From Mycobacteriales bacterium (GTDB lineage: Bacteria > Actinomycetota > Actinomycetes > Mycobacteriales > QHCE01), in assembly GCA_041743105.1 (NCBI GenBank), contig JBGTNI010000050.1, forward strand, positions 16,529-80,528: 64,000 bases of DNA, in the 5' to 3' direction. The notes beneath the pieces were generated by a model. It saw nothing but the letters and a program-made list of their open reading frames with translations. It was not told the origin of the DNA and made no database searches. Both the position numbers and the translations under genes were made by a program. Positions 18,707-28,638 of the stretch are shown one piece after another (position 1 is the stretch's first letter; every line of letters begins with the position of its first letter).

Positions 18707-19618
18707 TTAGCTCAGGATGTCTTTGGTGTGGAACCGCCACCAGGCGACGGAGAAGAACGCCGTCGCATACACCAGCGCCACTAATGCCCCCTTAGTCATC
18801 TCCTCGGTCTGCACCGGCGTGGTGAGCAGACCTAGCCATGCCTCGCTGTAGAAGCTCGGCAGTATCTCGCGGACCACCCCAAGCGCGCTAATCACGCTGA
18901 AGATCTGTGTCACGATGTGGAACATGACCGCACCGCCCACCGCACCGATGGGAGAGTCGATGCTCACCGAGAGCAGAAACGCCAAGCCGGCAATCGGCAG
19001 GAAACTCACCCCGATGTACCCGGCGATCGCGCCAAGGCGCGGCAGCGCCGTGCCCGTGGGAAGATCCGAGCCCGTCGGCAACGCCAACGGATGCCAGCCG
19101 TACACCGCGGTGCCCACGGCCAACGCCGTTCCCACCAGCAGCAGAATCAATCCGACCGAGGAGATCACGCTCACCGCCCACTTGCTGGACAGCAGCTTAG
19201 AACGCGGCACTGGTGCCGTCAGCAAGTAGCGCAGGCTACCCCAACTGGCTTCGCTGGCCACCGTGTCGCCGAACAGCAGCCCCACCAGCACCAGGAGCAG
19301 AAACGACGCCGCCACCAGCGTGAACAGCGCGAAATTCAGTCCGCCCGCGGTAGCGGTATCGACCAGACCGTCGTAGGCACTGTCCTGTTCGTTGCTGCTG
19401 CTCCCGCTGGAGGAACCGAATTCGAAGGCAACTACCAGCAGTAGCGGTACGATCATTGCAAGGCCCGCCGCGATCTGGCTGCGACGCCGCCGCAGCTGAC
19501 GCACCAGCTCTGTGCGCACCGACAACGTGGCACCCGCCCGGTAGCGCCGCACCTCACCACCCTGGACCTCCGCTGGCCCAGAGGTGTCCTTGGCGACCGA
19601 TTCGCGTTGCGCGCTCAT
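18707..19618 (-). CDS. ABC-2 type transporter permease
   Basis: 303 aa with about six hydrophobic helices. 4-nt overlap with the upstream ATPase-fusion gene. Confidence 0.7.
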   Translation of the reverse strand: MSAQRESVAKDTSGPAEVQGGEVRRYRAGATLSVRTELVRQLRRRRSQIAAGLAMIVPLLLVVAFEFGSSSGSSSNEQDSAYDGLVDTATAGGLNFALFTLVAASFLLLVLVGLLFGDTVASEASWGSLRYLLTAPVPRSKLLSSKWAVSVISSVGLILLLVGTALAVGTAVYGWHPLALPTGSDLPTGTALPRLGAIAGYIGVSFLPIAGLAFLLSVSIDSPIGAVGGAVMFHIVTQIFSVISALGVVREILPSFYSEAWLGLLTTPVQTEEMTKGALVALVYATAFFSVAWWRFHTKDILS

Positions 19619-22600
19619 GCCGAACCTCCCACTCCGCTGCCTGCGGCTAGCGGAGTGCTGTCGTTAGCGGTACCGGAGTTGGCTGTGCCTGAGTCGGCTG
19701 TGCTGTTGCTGGCCACTAGCGCCAGGAAGGCATCCTCGAGCCGTCGCCGCGGCACAACCCGTTCGACCGCGATCCCGGCGGCCACGAGTTCGGCCACTAC
19801 CTCGCTACGGGCACGTTGTAGCGTCACCACTAAACCCTCGTCGCTAGATTCCACACCAGTCACACCCGGCAACACGCGCAGCAGCTGCGTGGCACGTTCG
19901 GTTTCGCTCACCTCGAACAGCACCGATGGCGAGGCGCCGATGACGTCGGCCACCGGTCCAGCCGCGATGCCGCGGCCCTGGTGCATCACCACAATGTGGC
20001 TGCAAGTTTGCTCCACCTCCGCAAGTAGATGGCTGGAGACCAGCACGGCCCGGCCCTCGGTGGCATAGTGCTGCAGCACGCTCCGCATCGCCGCGATCTG
20101 CGGTGGATCCAGGCCGTCGGTTGGTTCATCCAGCATGAGCAGCCGCGGCATTCCCAGCATCGCCTGTGCTATCGCCAGCCGCTGCTTCATGCCGTGGCTG
20201 TAGGTGCGTGCTTTACGGTCGATGGCCTCGCCCAGCGCGGCGATCTCCAGCACTTGCGCCATGCGCGAATCCTCGTTAGGGCGTCCCGTGGCCCGCCAGT
20301 ACAGCTCAAGGTTCTCCCGACCGGACAGGTGCGGCAGGAACCCCGGGCCCTCCACCAAAGCGCCTACGTCGGAGAGCACCGATGCGCCAGGCTCCACCCT
20401 GTGTCCGAAGATGAGCCCCGCCCCCGACGTAGGCGAGATTAGGCCCAACAACATGCGCAGCGTGGTGGTCTTGCCTGCTCCATTGGGACCCAGCAGGCCG
20501 ACTACCTGGTCTGCCTCGACGGTGAAGCTCATACCACGCACCGCGACAAAGCTGTCACGACCAAAGCCATCCCGATAGGTCTTACTCAGCTCCCGGACCG
20601 CCAGGGGCGTCTGGGCGAGCTCAGGTTCCACGACTCGTTCACCGCGCCGTCGGTGCCACCGCGTGGCGATCATGGCCACGACTATGCTTACGAGCACGAC
20701 CGCCACCGCGCCGCCCAGCGCGATGCGCCATTCCACGTTATCGACCGCGTCCGCGCGCACTGGAACCGACGGCAGGCTGATGTCCGTTCCTTCACCTGCC
20801 CCCGTATCCGGCAGTGCGATGCCGTATCGCGCCGGCTCGGTGGGGCCGCGGAAGGCCTGGTCCGCTGTGGCGACGACGAGTAGGAGTCGATGTCCGGCGT
20901 CGAAGGTGTGCGCCATCGCCGGCAGTGTCACCGACACCGGTCGCGCGTCGGCTTGGGTGCTCGATAGATCGGTCAGTCGCAGCGGCGCGGCCGCGTTCCC
21001 GACCAGCTGGGCACCACCACGCTCGTCCAGATCGTAGAGCTTGGCGAACAGCACCGCCGAGCCATTCTCCGACCAGATGCGCAGTCTCGCTTCCGGCGCA
21101 CCGACAACTGTAGTCGCCCTCGACAGTCGGGGGGACTGGAATCGGGCGTGCTGGCCGTTGATCTCCCGATCGATGCCAGTGATCCCGGGAACGCTGTCTG
21201 CAAGACCTTCAGCGGCGGTGAACAGGGCACCTAATCCGGGGAGCGACGACAGCGCCGCCGGTGTGCCGTCTGGCGGATTCGCGACCTGTTGTGGCGCGCC
21301 CGTCAGTCGGAGCTCTTGCGGCGCACCGACCCCGCCGAGTCCGGGATAGCGCGGCGCGGTGTAACTCAACGTCCTCACGCCCGGCTGCGCCACATTCACT
21401 CCGGAAGCCTGGGAGTAACTGAACGACGTGTCCGGGTGTACGCCTTTGTCACGCCGACCATAGTCGGTGAGGTAGTAGCTCAGCCATTCGTCGGTCAGGC
21501 TGCGCAGCCGATCCAGTTCGCCCGCCGATGGTGGGCCGGCGTCGTGCCCGCCGGTAAACCACGCCACCTTCACCGGTGTGCCGGCTCGAGCGATGCCGCG
21601 CGCGTTCGCGTCGGCTTCGCTCAGCGGGAACAAGGTGTCCTGTGTTCCCTGCAGCAGCAGCGTCGGGGCAGAGATTCGGCCGAGGATGCTGGCAGGGCTG
21701 GACAGTTGTAGCAACTGGGTGGTGCGTTCGCTTGCCTGCCCGGTGGTTGCCGAGTCCAGATACAGCTGGCAGATTTCGGCAGCGAGCCGATCGCAGGTGG
21801 GATCGGCCGCACCATCGACATCGGAGGAACCGCCTTCGCTTGCCACGCTGACGGGTGCCCGCAGCGCGTTGTTGCCGAACAGTGCTCCCGCCCAGGCGGC
21901 CTTGAACACGCCGCGCTGCGCGGTGTGGGTGGGGTCGGCAGTGTCGGAGGCGGTATTGGGGAAAAACGCACGCGACAAGTCGTTCCAGGTGATCTGGGGC
22001 ACCACGGCGTCCACGCGCTGGTCGTATCCGGCTAGCAGCAGTGCCAGTGCGCCGCCGTACGAGGCGCCGGCGGCGGCCACTCGAGGATCACCGCGGCTAT
22101 CCAGCGCGATGTCCTCGCGGGCGGCCAGCACATCGATTAGCTGGCGCGCGTCGTTGACTTCGTAATCGGGATGGTTCAAATGCACCCTGCCGCTGGAGGC
22201 ACCGAAGCCACGCGCGCTCCACGTCATCACCGCGTAGCCCGCCGTGGCCAGGCGTTCTGCCTCATCGGTCACGCTGCGCTTGGTCCCCCCGAAGCCGTGC
22301 GCCAGCAGCACGGCGGGGACGCGATGCTCGCTGCCGGCACGATCTGGCAGGTATAGCGTGGTGTCGAGAGTCACCGGTGCGGTTCCGTCTGGGCCGGAGT
22401 TCACGCGCAGGCGCTGTTCGTGAGCTCGAAATGAATCCTCCTCGCCGCCGAGCCACCACACCAGCCCTGCTATTAGCAGCAGCGTCGGCACGCCCATTGC
22501 CGTCCAGCGGCGCCAGTTGGTGGCGAACGGCTTAATACTGCGAGGGAAGACGAGTTTCCAGCGCTTGCGCTGCCGCTGCGACACGAACGGTAGCTCCTTG

Positions 22601-22626
22601 GCGTTGGGGATGGGTGTGTCAAGCAT
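19615..22626 (-). CDS. fusion protein: TM anchor, CocE/NonD (S15, X-Pro dipeptidyl-peptidase-like) alpha/beta hydrolase, TM helix, ABC transporter ATP-binding domain
   Basis: 1003 aa. TM1 is WTAMGVPTLLLIAGLVWWLGG. Hydrolase features are HGFGG and the nucleophile elbow GASYGG (about 22051-22068). TM2 is IALGGAVAVVLVSIVVAMIA. ABC motifs: Walker A GPNGAGKTT (about 20463-20490), signature YSHGMKQR and Walker B LLMLDEPT. Confidence 0.85.
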   Translation of the reverse strand: MLDTPIPNAKELPFVSQRQRKRWKLVFPRSIKPFATNWRRWTAMGVPTLLLIAGLVWWLGGEEDSFRAHEQRLRVNSGPDGTAPVTLDTTLYLPDRAGSEHRVPAVLLAHGFGGTKRSVTDEAERLATAGYAVMTWSARGFGASSGRVHLNHPDYEVNDARQLIDVLAAREDIALDSRGDPRVAAAGASYGGALALLLAGYDQRVDAVVPQITWNDLSRAFFPNTASDTADPTHTAQRGVFKAAWAGALFGNNALRAPVSVASEGGSSDVDGAADPTCDRLAAEICQLYLDSATTGQASERTTQLLQLSSPASILGRISAPTLLLQGTQDTLFPLSEADANARGIARAGTPVKVAWFTGGHDAGPPSAGELDRLRSLTDEWLSYYLTDYGRRDKGVHPDTSFSYSQASGVNVAQPGVRTLSYTAPRYPGLGGVGAPQELRLTGAPQQVANPPDGTPAALSSLPGLGALFTAAEGLADSVPGITGIDREINGQHARFQSPRLSRATTVVGAPEARLRIWSENGSAVLFAKLYDLDERGGAQLVGNAAAPLRLTDLSSTQADARPVSVTLPAMAHTFDAGHRLLLVVATADQAFRGPTEPARYGIALPDTGAGEGTDISLPSVPVRADAVDNVEWRIALGGAVAVVLVSIVVAMIATRWHRRRGERVVEPELAQTPLAVRELSKTYRDGFGRDSFVAVRGMSFTVEADQVVGLLGPNGAGKTTTLRMLLGLISPTSGAGLIFGHRVEPGASVLSDVGALVEGPGFLPHLSGRENLELYWRATGRPNEDSRMAQVLEIAALGEAIDRKARTYSHGMKQRLAIAQAMLGMPRLLMLDEPTDGLDPPQIAAMRSVLQHYATEGRAVLVSSHLLAEVEQTCSHIVVMHQGRGIAAGPVADVIGASPSVLFEVSETERATQLLRVLPGVTGVESSDEGLVVTLQRARSEVVAELVAAGIAVERVVPRRRLEDAFLALVASNSTADSGTANSGTANDSTPLAAGSGVGGSA

Positions 22627-22777
22627 GACAGCTGCCTATGACATCTCAGCACGTGCCGGATACACGGTACGCGCGGCGTTGACTCTGACGGAGTTGTTGC
22701 GGCATAAAACCAGACGTCCGACAGTTGCTGTGGGTAACCGAGCCACATAGCCGCGAAAGTGGAGAGGGAGCCATACG

Positions 22778-23698
22778 ATGCCAAGAGCTGTCAGATTCGA
22801 TGGGTACGGTGGGATCGATGTTTTACAGGTAGCCGAGGTAGATAAGCCTGTTCCCGGACCCGGGCAAATCCTCGTCAAGATGAAAGCCGCCGGGATCAAT
22901 CCGGGCGAGGCACTCATTCGTGAGGGCCTGCTGCATGACGTGTGGCCCGCGACGTTCCCTTCCGGGCAGGGCAGTGACCTTGCCGGGGTCGTGGAGGAAC
23001 TCGGCGAACGTGTCGAAAGATTCGCCGTGGGTGACGATGTTTTCGGGTTCACCGGCGCACGAGCCAGCCACGCCGAGTTCGTCCTCGTCGAGTCCAGCGA
23101 TCTCACCCATCGCCCGAGCAACGTTTCGCGGGAAGAAGCCGGCTCCTTGTTCGTCGCGGGAACGACGGCATATGCGGCGGTCCGGGCCGTGTCGATCGTT
23201 AAAGGTGACATCGTCGTCGTTTCCGGCGCCGCCGGCGGGGTTGGTTCGATTGCCGTGCAGTTAGCCAAGAACGCTGGAGCCACGGTGATCGGCCTGGCCA
23301 GTAAAGCCAATCACGAATGGCTCACCGACCACGGCGTGATCCCCGTTGCACATGGAGAGGGAGTCGCCGATCGTATCCGGTCCGCCGCCGATGGTCGGGT
23401 CGACGCCTTCATTGACACCTTTGGCGCCGGCTACGTTGAACTTGCGCTGGACCTTGGCGTCCGTCCCAACCGGATCGACACCATCATCGACTTCGCGGCA
23501 GCAGAGAAATACGGCGTCAAGGCCGAAGGAAACAGCGAAGCGGCAAGCACCGACGTACTTGCCGAACTTGCTGAGCTGATTGGTGAAGGACGCCTCGAGA
23601 TTCCGATCGCCAAGGTCTACCCGCTGGCCGAGGTCCGCGAAGCGTACCGGCAACTTGAACAGCGTCACACCCGCGGGAAAATCGTGCTCAAACCCTGA
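22778..23698 (+). CDS. NADPH:quinone oxidoreductase / zinc-type alcohol dehydrogenase superfamily (MDR)
   Basis: 306 aa. GroES-like N-terminus (GQILVKMKAAGINPGE) and a Rossmann motif VSGAAGGVGSIAVQLAK. Confidence 0.8.
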   Translation: MPRAVRFDGYGGIDVLQVAEVDKPVPGPGQILVKMKAAGINPGEALIREGLLHDVWPATFPSGQGSDLAGVVEELGERVERFAVGDDVFGFTGARASHAEFVLVESSDLTHRPSNVSREEAGSLFVAGTTAYAAVRAVSIVKGDIVVVSGAAGGVGSIAVQLAKNAGATVIGLASKANHEWLTDHGVIPVAHGEGVADRIRSAADGRVDAFIDTFGAGYVELALDLGVRPNRIDTIIDFAAAEKYGVKAEGNSEAASTDVLAELAELIGEGRLEIPIAKVYPLAEVREAYRQLEQRHTRGKIVLKP

Positions 23699-23737
23699 CG
23701 CGTGCCACTGCCGCCAGAGGGCCGATAGTGTCGGGCC

Positions 23738-24952
23738 ATGAGTGACTCCGTGCCACAGGCTCAGTCCCGATCGGTCAGGCCCACTACAACGGTCTTGGCG
23801 GATGCCACTGTGCCCTTGCTTCCCGACTACGCCGCAGCTGGACTCTGCAACCTGCTACCTTCCGCGGCCGCCAGTATCGGCGTAGCAGGCTACAACAACA
23901 CGCTTGACCTGCCCAGCTGCGAGCGAGTCTGCGTGCTGCTCATCGATGGGCTGGGCGCGAAAGCGGTGGCAGACCACTGGGCCGATGCACCCGCGCTCGC
24001 CGCGCTGCTGCGCGGAAGCTATGGCGATAGTGAGGTGCGCGCCCGGCAACTCACAGCGGGTTTTCCCAGTACGACCGGTGCCAGCTTGGCCTCCATCGGA
24101 ACCGGACTTCCGCCGAGCAGGCACGGTTTGGTGGGTTATCGGGTGTTGATCCCCGAGCGGGGTCGGCTGATGTCGCTGCTGCAGTGGGACGATGCGGTCG
24201 ATCCAGCGGTATGGCAGCCGCATCCCACTGTTTTCGAGCAGCTCGGCGAGGCCGGCATCGCCACGGCTCATGTTGCGTCGCCCGACTTTGCCGCTTCCGG
24301 GCTGACCCGGGCGGCGTTTCGTGGCGCACGGTATCTGGGCGCGCTGACTCCCGGCGAGCTGATTGCCGTCACCGCGGCGACGCTGCGCGAGGGAAACACA
24401 CCGATGGTGTTCAGCTACTACCCAGACCTGGATAAGACCGGCCACGGTCACGGCGCCGACTCGGCCGCGTGGCGGCACCAGCTGGCGGTGGTGGATCGAA
24501 TGGTCGAAAGGCTGATTGCCGAGCTTCCACCGGCTACGACGCTGGTGCTCACTGCCGATCATGGAATGGTCGACGTTGCGCCCGACGAGAAGCTGGAACT
24601 CGACTCTGCGCCCGGGCTGCTCGATGGCGTGTCGCTGCTGGGGGGAGAAGCTCGCGCGCGGCACGTGTACGCCAAGCCCGGCGCCGCGCCCGATGTACTC
24701 GCCGTATGGCAGGACAGCCTGGCCGATCGTGCGTGGGTTGTGAGTAAACAGGAGGCTATCGATCGGAACTGGTTCGGTCCCGCGATGCGGTCCGATGTAG
24801 TGGCGCGGATAGGAGACGTGGTCGCCGCGGCACGGCCGCGCGCGGCGCTTATCGCGCCCGTTGCCGAGCCACGCCAGTCAGCCCTGCGGGGGATGCACGG
24901 CTCGCTCACACCGAACGAACAGTTAGTGCCGCTGGTGACGGTGAGCCGTTAG
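23738..24952 (+). CDS. alkaline phosphatase superfamily protein (type I phosphodiesterase / nucleotide pyrophosphatase-like)
   Basis: 404 aa. Metal and nucleophile motifs LLIDGLG, FPSTTGASLASIGTG, DKTGHGHG and LTADHGM. Confidence 0.7.
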   Translation: MSDSVPQAQSRSVRPTTTVLADATVPLLPDYAAAGLCNLLPSAAASIGVAGYNNTLDLPSCERVCVLLIDGLGAKAVADHWADAPALAALLRGSYGDSEVRARQLTAGFPSTTGASLASIGTGLPPSRHGLVGYRVLIPERGRLMSLLQWDDAVDPAVWQPHPTVFEQLGEAGIATAHVASPDFAASGLTRAAFRGARYLGALTPGELIAVTAATLREGNTPMVFSYYPDLDKTGHGHGADSAAWRHQLAVVDRMVERLIAELPPATTLVLTADHGMVDVAPDEKLELDSAPGLLDGVSLLGGEARARHVYAKPGAAPDVLAVWQDSLADRAWVVSKQEAIDRNWFGPAMRSDVVARIGDVVAAARPRAALIAPVAEPRQSALRGMHGSLTPNEQLVPLVTVSR

Positions 24953-25114
24953 AACCGATGGCGCCAAGATTGAATGCCTACCTTGCAACTCCAAAACTAC
25001 ATGCGGGCAACGCCGCGAGGGTAGTCTCAAGTAGTGAATTGGTGATTAACACCTACCCAGCAAGCAGCACCTCCTTGAGCCCAGACGGAACCTAAACGGT
25101 TAGATAGGGAATTA

Positions 25115-25924
25115 GTGAAGCGTGACCGTGAAACTCCAAGGCCCCGTCGGGGGGGATATCAGCCCAGTTTGCGGTGGAAACGTCTAGCACATGTCACAGC
25201 AGGTGTTACTGTGGTGACTCTTGTTGCCGTAGTCCATGGCTATGCTCCGCCTAGCGTGGAACGCGGCACGGCGAGTTACTTTAAAGTTCCAGGCACGGAT
25301 ATCCAAGGTGTTCTAAAATGGGATTCTGGAATCAAAGCCCAGGTATGTTCAGAATTGTCTGAGTATGCTCCTAGAGTGCATTCCACAATATGGGCTTATA
25401 AACCAAACGAACCTGATCCAAATAGACAACTTTCTCCTGGCAGGACGGAGGTTGATCAGGGCCGTGTCACGGCCTTGCGCCCCGGGGGTAATAGCACCGC
25501 TTGTCGCGAATATGAAATACTTCAGCAAGAACAGCCACTGCCGCTAACTCACAATGAATCAAACGAACCGGTAGCAGTTGTATTAGATGTCGTTCCCACT
25601 AGTAAAGATATCTTAGACCCAGTATATAGATTCGTTTTTTCACGTGGGCCAGATGGCGAGCGTCTTGGTCATTTGATCAAGGATAGGAACATGCCTACGG
25701 TTCCGTGTATATATGATCAGTGCATGTTCTATAATGGGACCACATTCCTCACCCTTGGTCCTCTCCATCAAGCATGTGATCAGTTTGTGAGAGGGGTTAG
25801 TCCAGAAGCTCCAGCCGGAACTACGGTAACAGCACCTGGGCCATGGTCAGCCCCGTGTAGATACCACTCCGCAGTGGTATCCTTATCTTCCCCTCCGCCG
25901 TCGGCAAAACCATCAAGGCGGTGA
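25115..25924 (+). CDS. hypothetical membrane-anchored Cys-containing protein in a low-G+C patch
   Basis: 269 aa with a GTG start. Basic N-terminus and one TM helix (VTAGVTVVTLVAVV). I recognise no family. Two 60-nt lines I counted (25321 and 25561) give 45% and 42% G+C, against 75% for line 24601. Confidence 0.5.
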   Translation: MKRDRETPRPRRGGYQPSLRWKRLAHVTAGVTVVTLVAVVHGYAPPSVERGTASYFKVPGTDIQGVLKWDSGIKAQVCSELSEYAPRVHSTIWAYKPNEPDPNRQLSPGRTEVDQGRVTALRPGGNSTACREYEILQQEQPLPLTHNESNEPVAVVLDVVPTSKDILDPVYRFVFSRGPDGERLGHLIKDRNMPTVPCIYDQCMFYNGTTFLTLGPLHQACDQFVRGVSPEAPAGTTVTAPGPWSAPCRYHSAVVSLSSPPPSAKPSRR

Positions 25925-26582
25925 TGGCGGAAACGCAGGATCCCAATCCCGCCTCATGGAACCTGGATCGCACCGGGGGTGGGCCAGCAGGAATGACCAC
26001 GTGCAGAACCGAACTCGAACCCTCCAGATGAGCCCGTCAAAAAGTCCACTCGATCCCACCCATCACCGACAAACCTCAATCCACCGTACCAATGCACCGG
26101 ACCGATTTACTCGATTCGGATGACGGTAAACGTCTCAGCCAAGCGGCCAGTGGGGAGGCCGCATCGCGCCGCATTAGCGGCAAGTAGACCGCGGAGTGAC
26201 TCTTCCAAATCGGGTAGATGCGGGGCCGAACCATGCCAGATCTGTCGAGGTCGAGTACCCCATGCACTCGTCCGCATCCGCGCCGAGTGTGTGAGGGTGA
26301 AACGTAGCTCCGTCCGCACGGAGCCGCTCGGCTCCACACATTTCGGCGGCGGAACCTCGATCAGGTCCCCGGCAGACCCTCCGGTGGCTCCTGCCGCGAG
26401 CAGGTCGACGGTGGTGACTGGTCGTGATAGCACCGCACTCCGGGACGGGACACCCTTCGACCTCGCGCACACCGCCGGCTGCGCCATGAGGGCGATCGCT
26501 GGCTGTCTGCTGCTCGTCCACGGCACTCGTGCCAAGCTGGTGCTTCCGCTGATCGCCGCCCACAGCGGCAACGACAAATGCC

Positions 26583-28004
26583 CTAGACGGTCGACGATTT
26601 CGTCTGCTCCGGCGCTGGCAACGTTTGCTCGGCAGACTCAAGTGTGACGCGTGGCGGGGACTCGGCGGCGGCGCGCAGGAACTCCTGCCGGGGTTCGTGG
26701 ATCTCACCGAGCGCAACGATGTCACGTTTGAAGAACAGCCCGATGGTCCAGTCCAGCGCAATGCGCACCTTGCGGTTGAAGGTTGGCATCTTCGCGAGGT
26801 GGTAAGTGCGATGCAGCAGCCACGCGGGAAACCCCGACAGCTTAATGCCGTAGATCAGGGCCACGCCACGGTGCAGGCCAAGTCCCGCCACCGATCCGGC
26901 GTAGGTATGGCGGTAGTGCCGGAGTTTCTTGCCGCGCAGGGACGCCACCACGTTGGACGCCAGATGTTTGGCCTGCCGGATCGCATGCTGGGCGTTGGGT
27001 GCACAGTACTTTCCAACGCCTGCGGTGAGGTCGGGCACGGCGGCACAATCTCCGGCCGTCCAGACGTCGGTAGTACCGGGTACCCGAAGGTAGGTGTCGG
27101 CGCGCAGCCGCCCGCGCTCATCCAGTGGCAGGTCCGTGTCGCGAAGCATTGGGCTGGCTTTCACCCCGGCGGTCCAGATCAGCGTGCTGGTGGGGAACGT
27201 GCTGCCATCGGAGAGCTTGGCCACGCCATCGGTGACCGAATCCAGCCGAGTCTCTAGCCGAACGTCGATACCGCGTTTCCGTAATAGCTCCACGGTGTAG
27301 CGACCCATCTGCACTCCCACTTCGGGCAGGATCCGGTCGGTGGCTTCCACCAGCACCCACCGCAGCTCGGTGGGATGCAGCTTGCTCCATCGATTCTTGG
27401 TGTAGTAGCTGGCCACACTACGGCTGAGATCTTCCAACTCAGCTAGGGTCTCCACCCCGGCGTAACCGCCACCCACGACCATGAACGTCAACGCCCGTTC
27501 CCGCACCACCGGGTCGCCGGTAGAGGCGGCGATGTCAAGCTGCGTCAGTACGTGGTTGCGCAGCCACACCGCCTCGCCCACTGTCTTGATTCCAATGCCA
27601 CATTCGGCGAGCCCAGGAATCGGCAGCGTGCGGACAATCGAGCCGGGACAGACCACCAGGACGTGGTAGTTCAGCTCCCGCTGCTCTCCGGCAAGCGAGG
27701 TGAAGTACAGCGTTCGGTGTGCATGGTCGACTGCGGTGACGCGAGCGTTGATCAATTCGCAGCGCCGCAGCAGCCGCCGCAGCGAGACCACGACGTGGCG
27801 GGGCTCTAAGTTCCCGGCGGCGGTCTCGGGTAGGAACGGCTGGTAGGTCATATACGACTCGGGGTCGATGACCGTGATCTCGGCTTCGCTACGGGAAAGT
27901 TTGTGCTGTAGCCGATGTGCTACGTACATTCCGACGTAACCGGCGCCCACGATGACGATACGGGGGCGGGTGGTTCCGGCAGAGTTGCTGGGCGTCGGAT
28001 TCAC
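26583..28004 (-). CDS. ndh: type II NADH dehydrogenase (NDH-2)
   Basis: 473 aa. Two dinucleotide-binding motifs (IVIVGAGYVG and MVVGGGYAGVE) and TAGDCA. Confidence 0.9.
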   Translation of the reverse strand: MNPTPSNSAGTTRPRIVIVGAGYVGMYVAHRLQHKLSRSEAEITVIDPESYMTYQPFLPETAAGNLEPRHVVVSLRRLLRRCELINARVTAVDHAHRTLYFTSLAGEQRELNYHVLVVCPGSIVRTLPIPGLAECGIGIKTVGEAVWLRNHVLTQLDIAASTGDPVVRERALTFMVVGGGYAGVETLAELEDLSRSVASYYTKNRWSKLHPTELRWVLVEATDRILPEVGVQMGRYTVELLRKRGIDVRLETRLDSVTDGVAKLSDGSTFPTSTLIWTAGVKASPMLRDTDLPLDERGRLRADTYLRVPGTTDVWTAGDCAAVPDLTAGVGKYCAPNAQHAIRQAKHLASNVVASLRGKKLRHYRHTYAGSVAGLGLHRGVALIYGIKLSGFPAWLLHRTYHLAKMPTFNRKVRIALDWTIGLFFKRDIVALGEIHEPRQEFLRAAAESPPRVTLESAEQTLPAPEQTKSSTV

Positions 28005-28160
28005 GGCGAAGACACTGCCTTTCTGAGCTGTACTGCGATTTCTGGGGTTGCATTGCGATTCTGACCCGTATTGCGCGTGCCTCTAATGTTCCATAGGCCT
28101 AGCTTGCTACTTTCAGCTCACCCAACCGTGGTCGGACTAGACTTTCTTAGGAGGCCGCGC

Positions 28161-28592
28161 GTGCGTCGCCCGAACGTCGGAATGCATATCGGCGCTGCTG
28201 AGCTGGACTTAAGTGCCGCCGGCAGGCCGCCGTTGCAGGCACGGCGCTGGTGCATGATGGTGCTCGAATCCTGGAATATCCCGCCCTCCACCTCTGACGA
28301 TGCGATCTTGGCCGCAAGTGAGTTAGTTTCCAACGCGGTATTACATGCGCCGCCTGTACAGTTCATGCGGCTGATGCTGACCGATAGCCACCTGGTGCTG
28401 GAGGTGGTGGATTCGTCGCTTCAAGCACCGAAGGCTAAATCGCCGGACTTTTCATCCGAGAACGGACGTGGCCTGTTCCTCGTTGATCGCATCGCGGATC
28501 GATGGGGGAGTGAGTCGGTGCGCGACCGCAGCACCGGAAGACCCACGGGCAAGGTCGTCTGGTGTTTGCTGCGGCTGTCAGATCTGGGTTAG
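28161..28592 (+). CDS. HATPase-like ATP-binding protein (anti-sigma factor / RsbW-type Ser kinase-like)
   Basis: GTG at 28161 lies 6 nt after AGGAGG. Motifs ASELVSNAVLHA, LEVVDSS and ENGRGLFLVDRIADRWG. Confidence 0.6.
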   Translation: MRRPNVGMHIGAAELDLSAAGRPPLQARRWCMMVLESWNIPPSTSDDAILAASELVSNAVLHAPPVQFMRLMLTDSHLVLEVVDSSLQAPKAKSPDFSSENGRGLFLVDRIADRWGSESVRDRSTGRPTGKVVWCLLRLSDLG

Positions 28593-28638
28593 AACCCGCC
28601 TACTGCCGGCCGTGGCGTAGGCGGCTTAGGCTTCTACC

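Noticed and set aside
22636-24664. Long antisense ORFs (22636..23310 and 23855..24664, both minus strand) opposite the oxidoreductase and phosphatase genes
   Set aside because: Their composition is low-complexity and Arg/Pro-rich, while the opposite-strand ORFs carry recognisable Rossmann and alkaline-phosphatase motifs.
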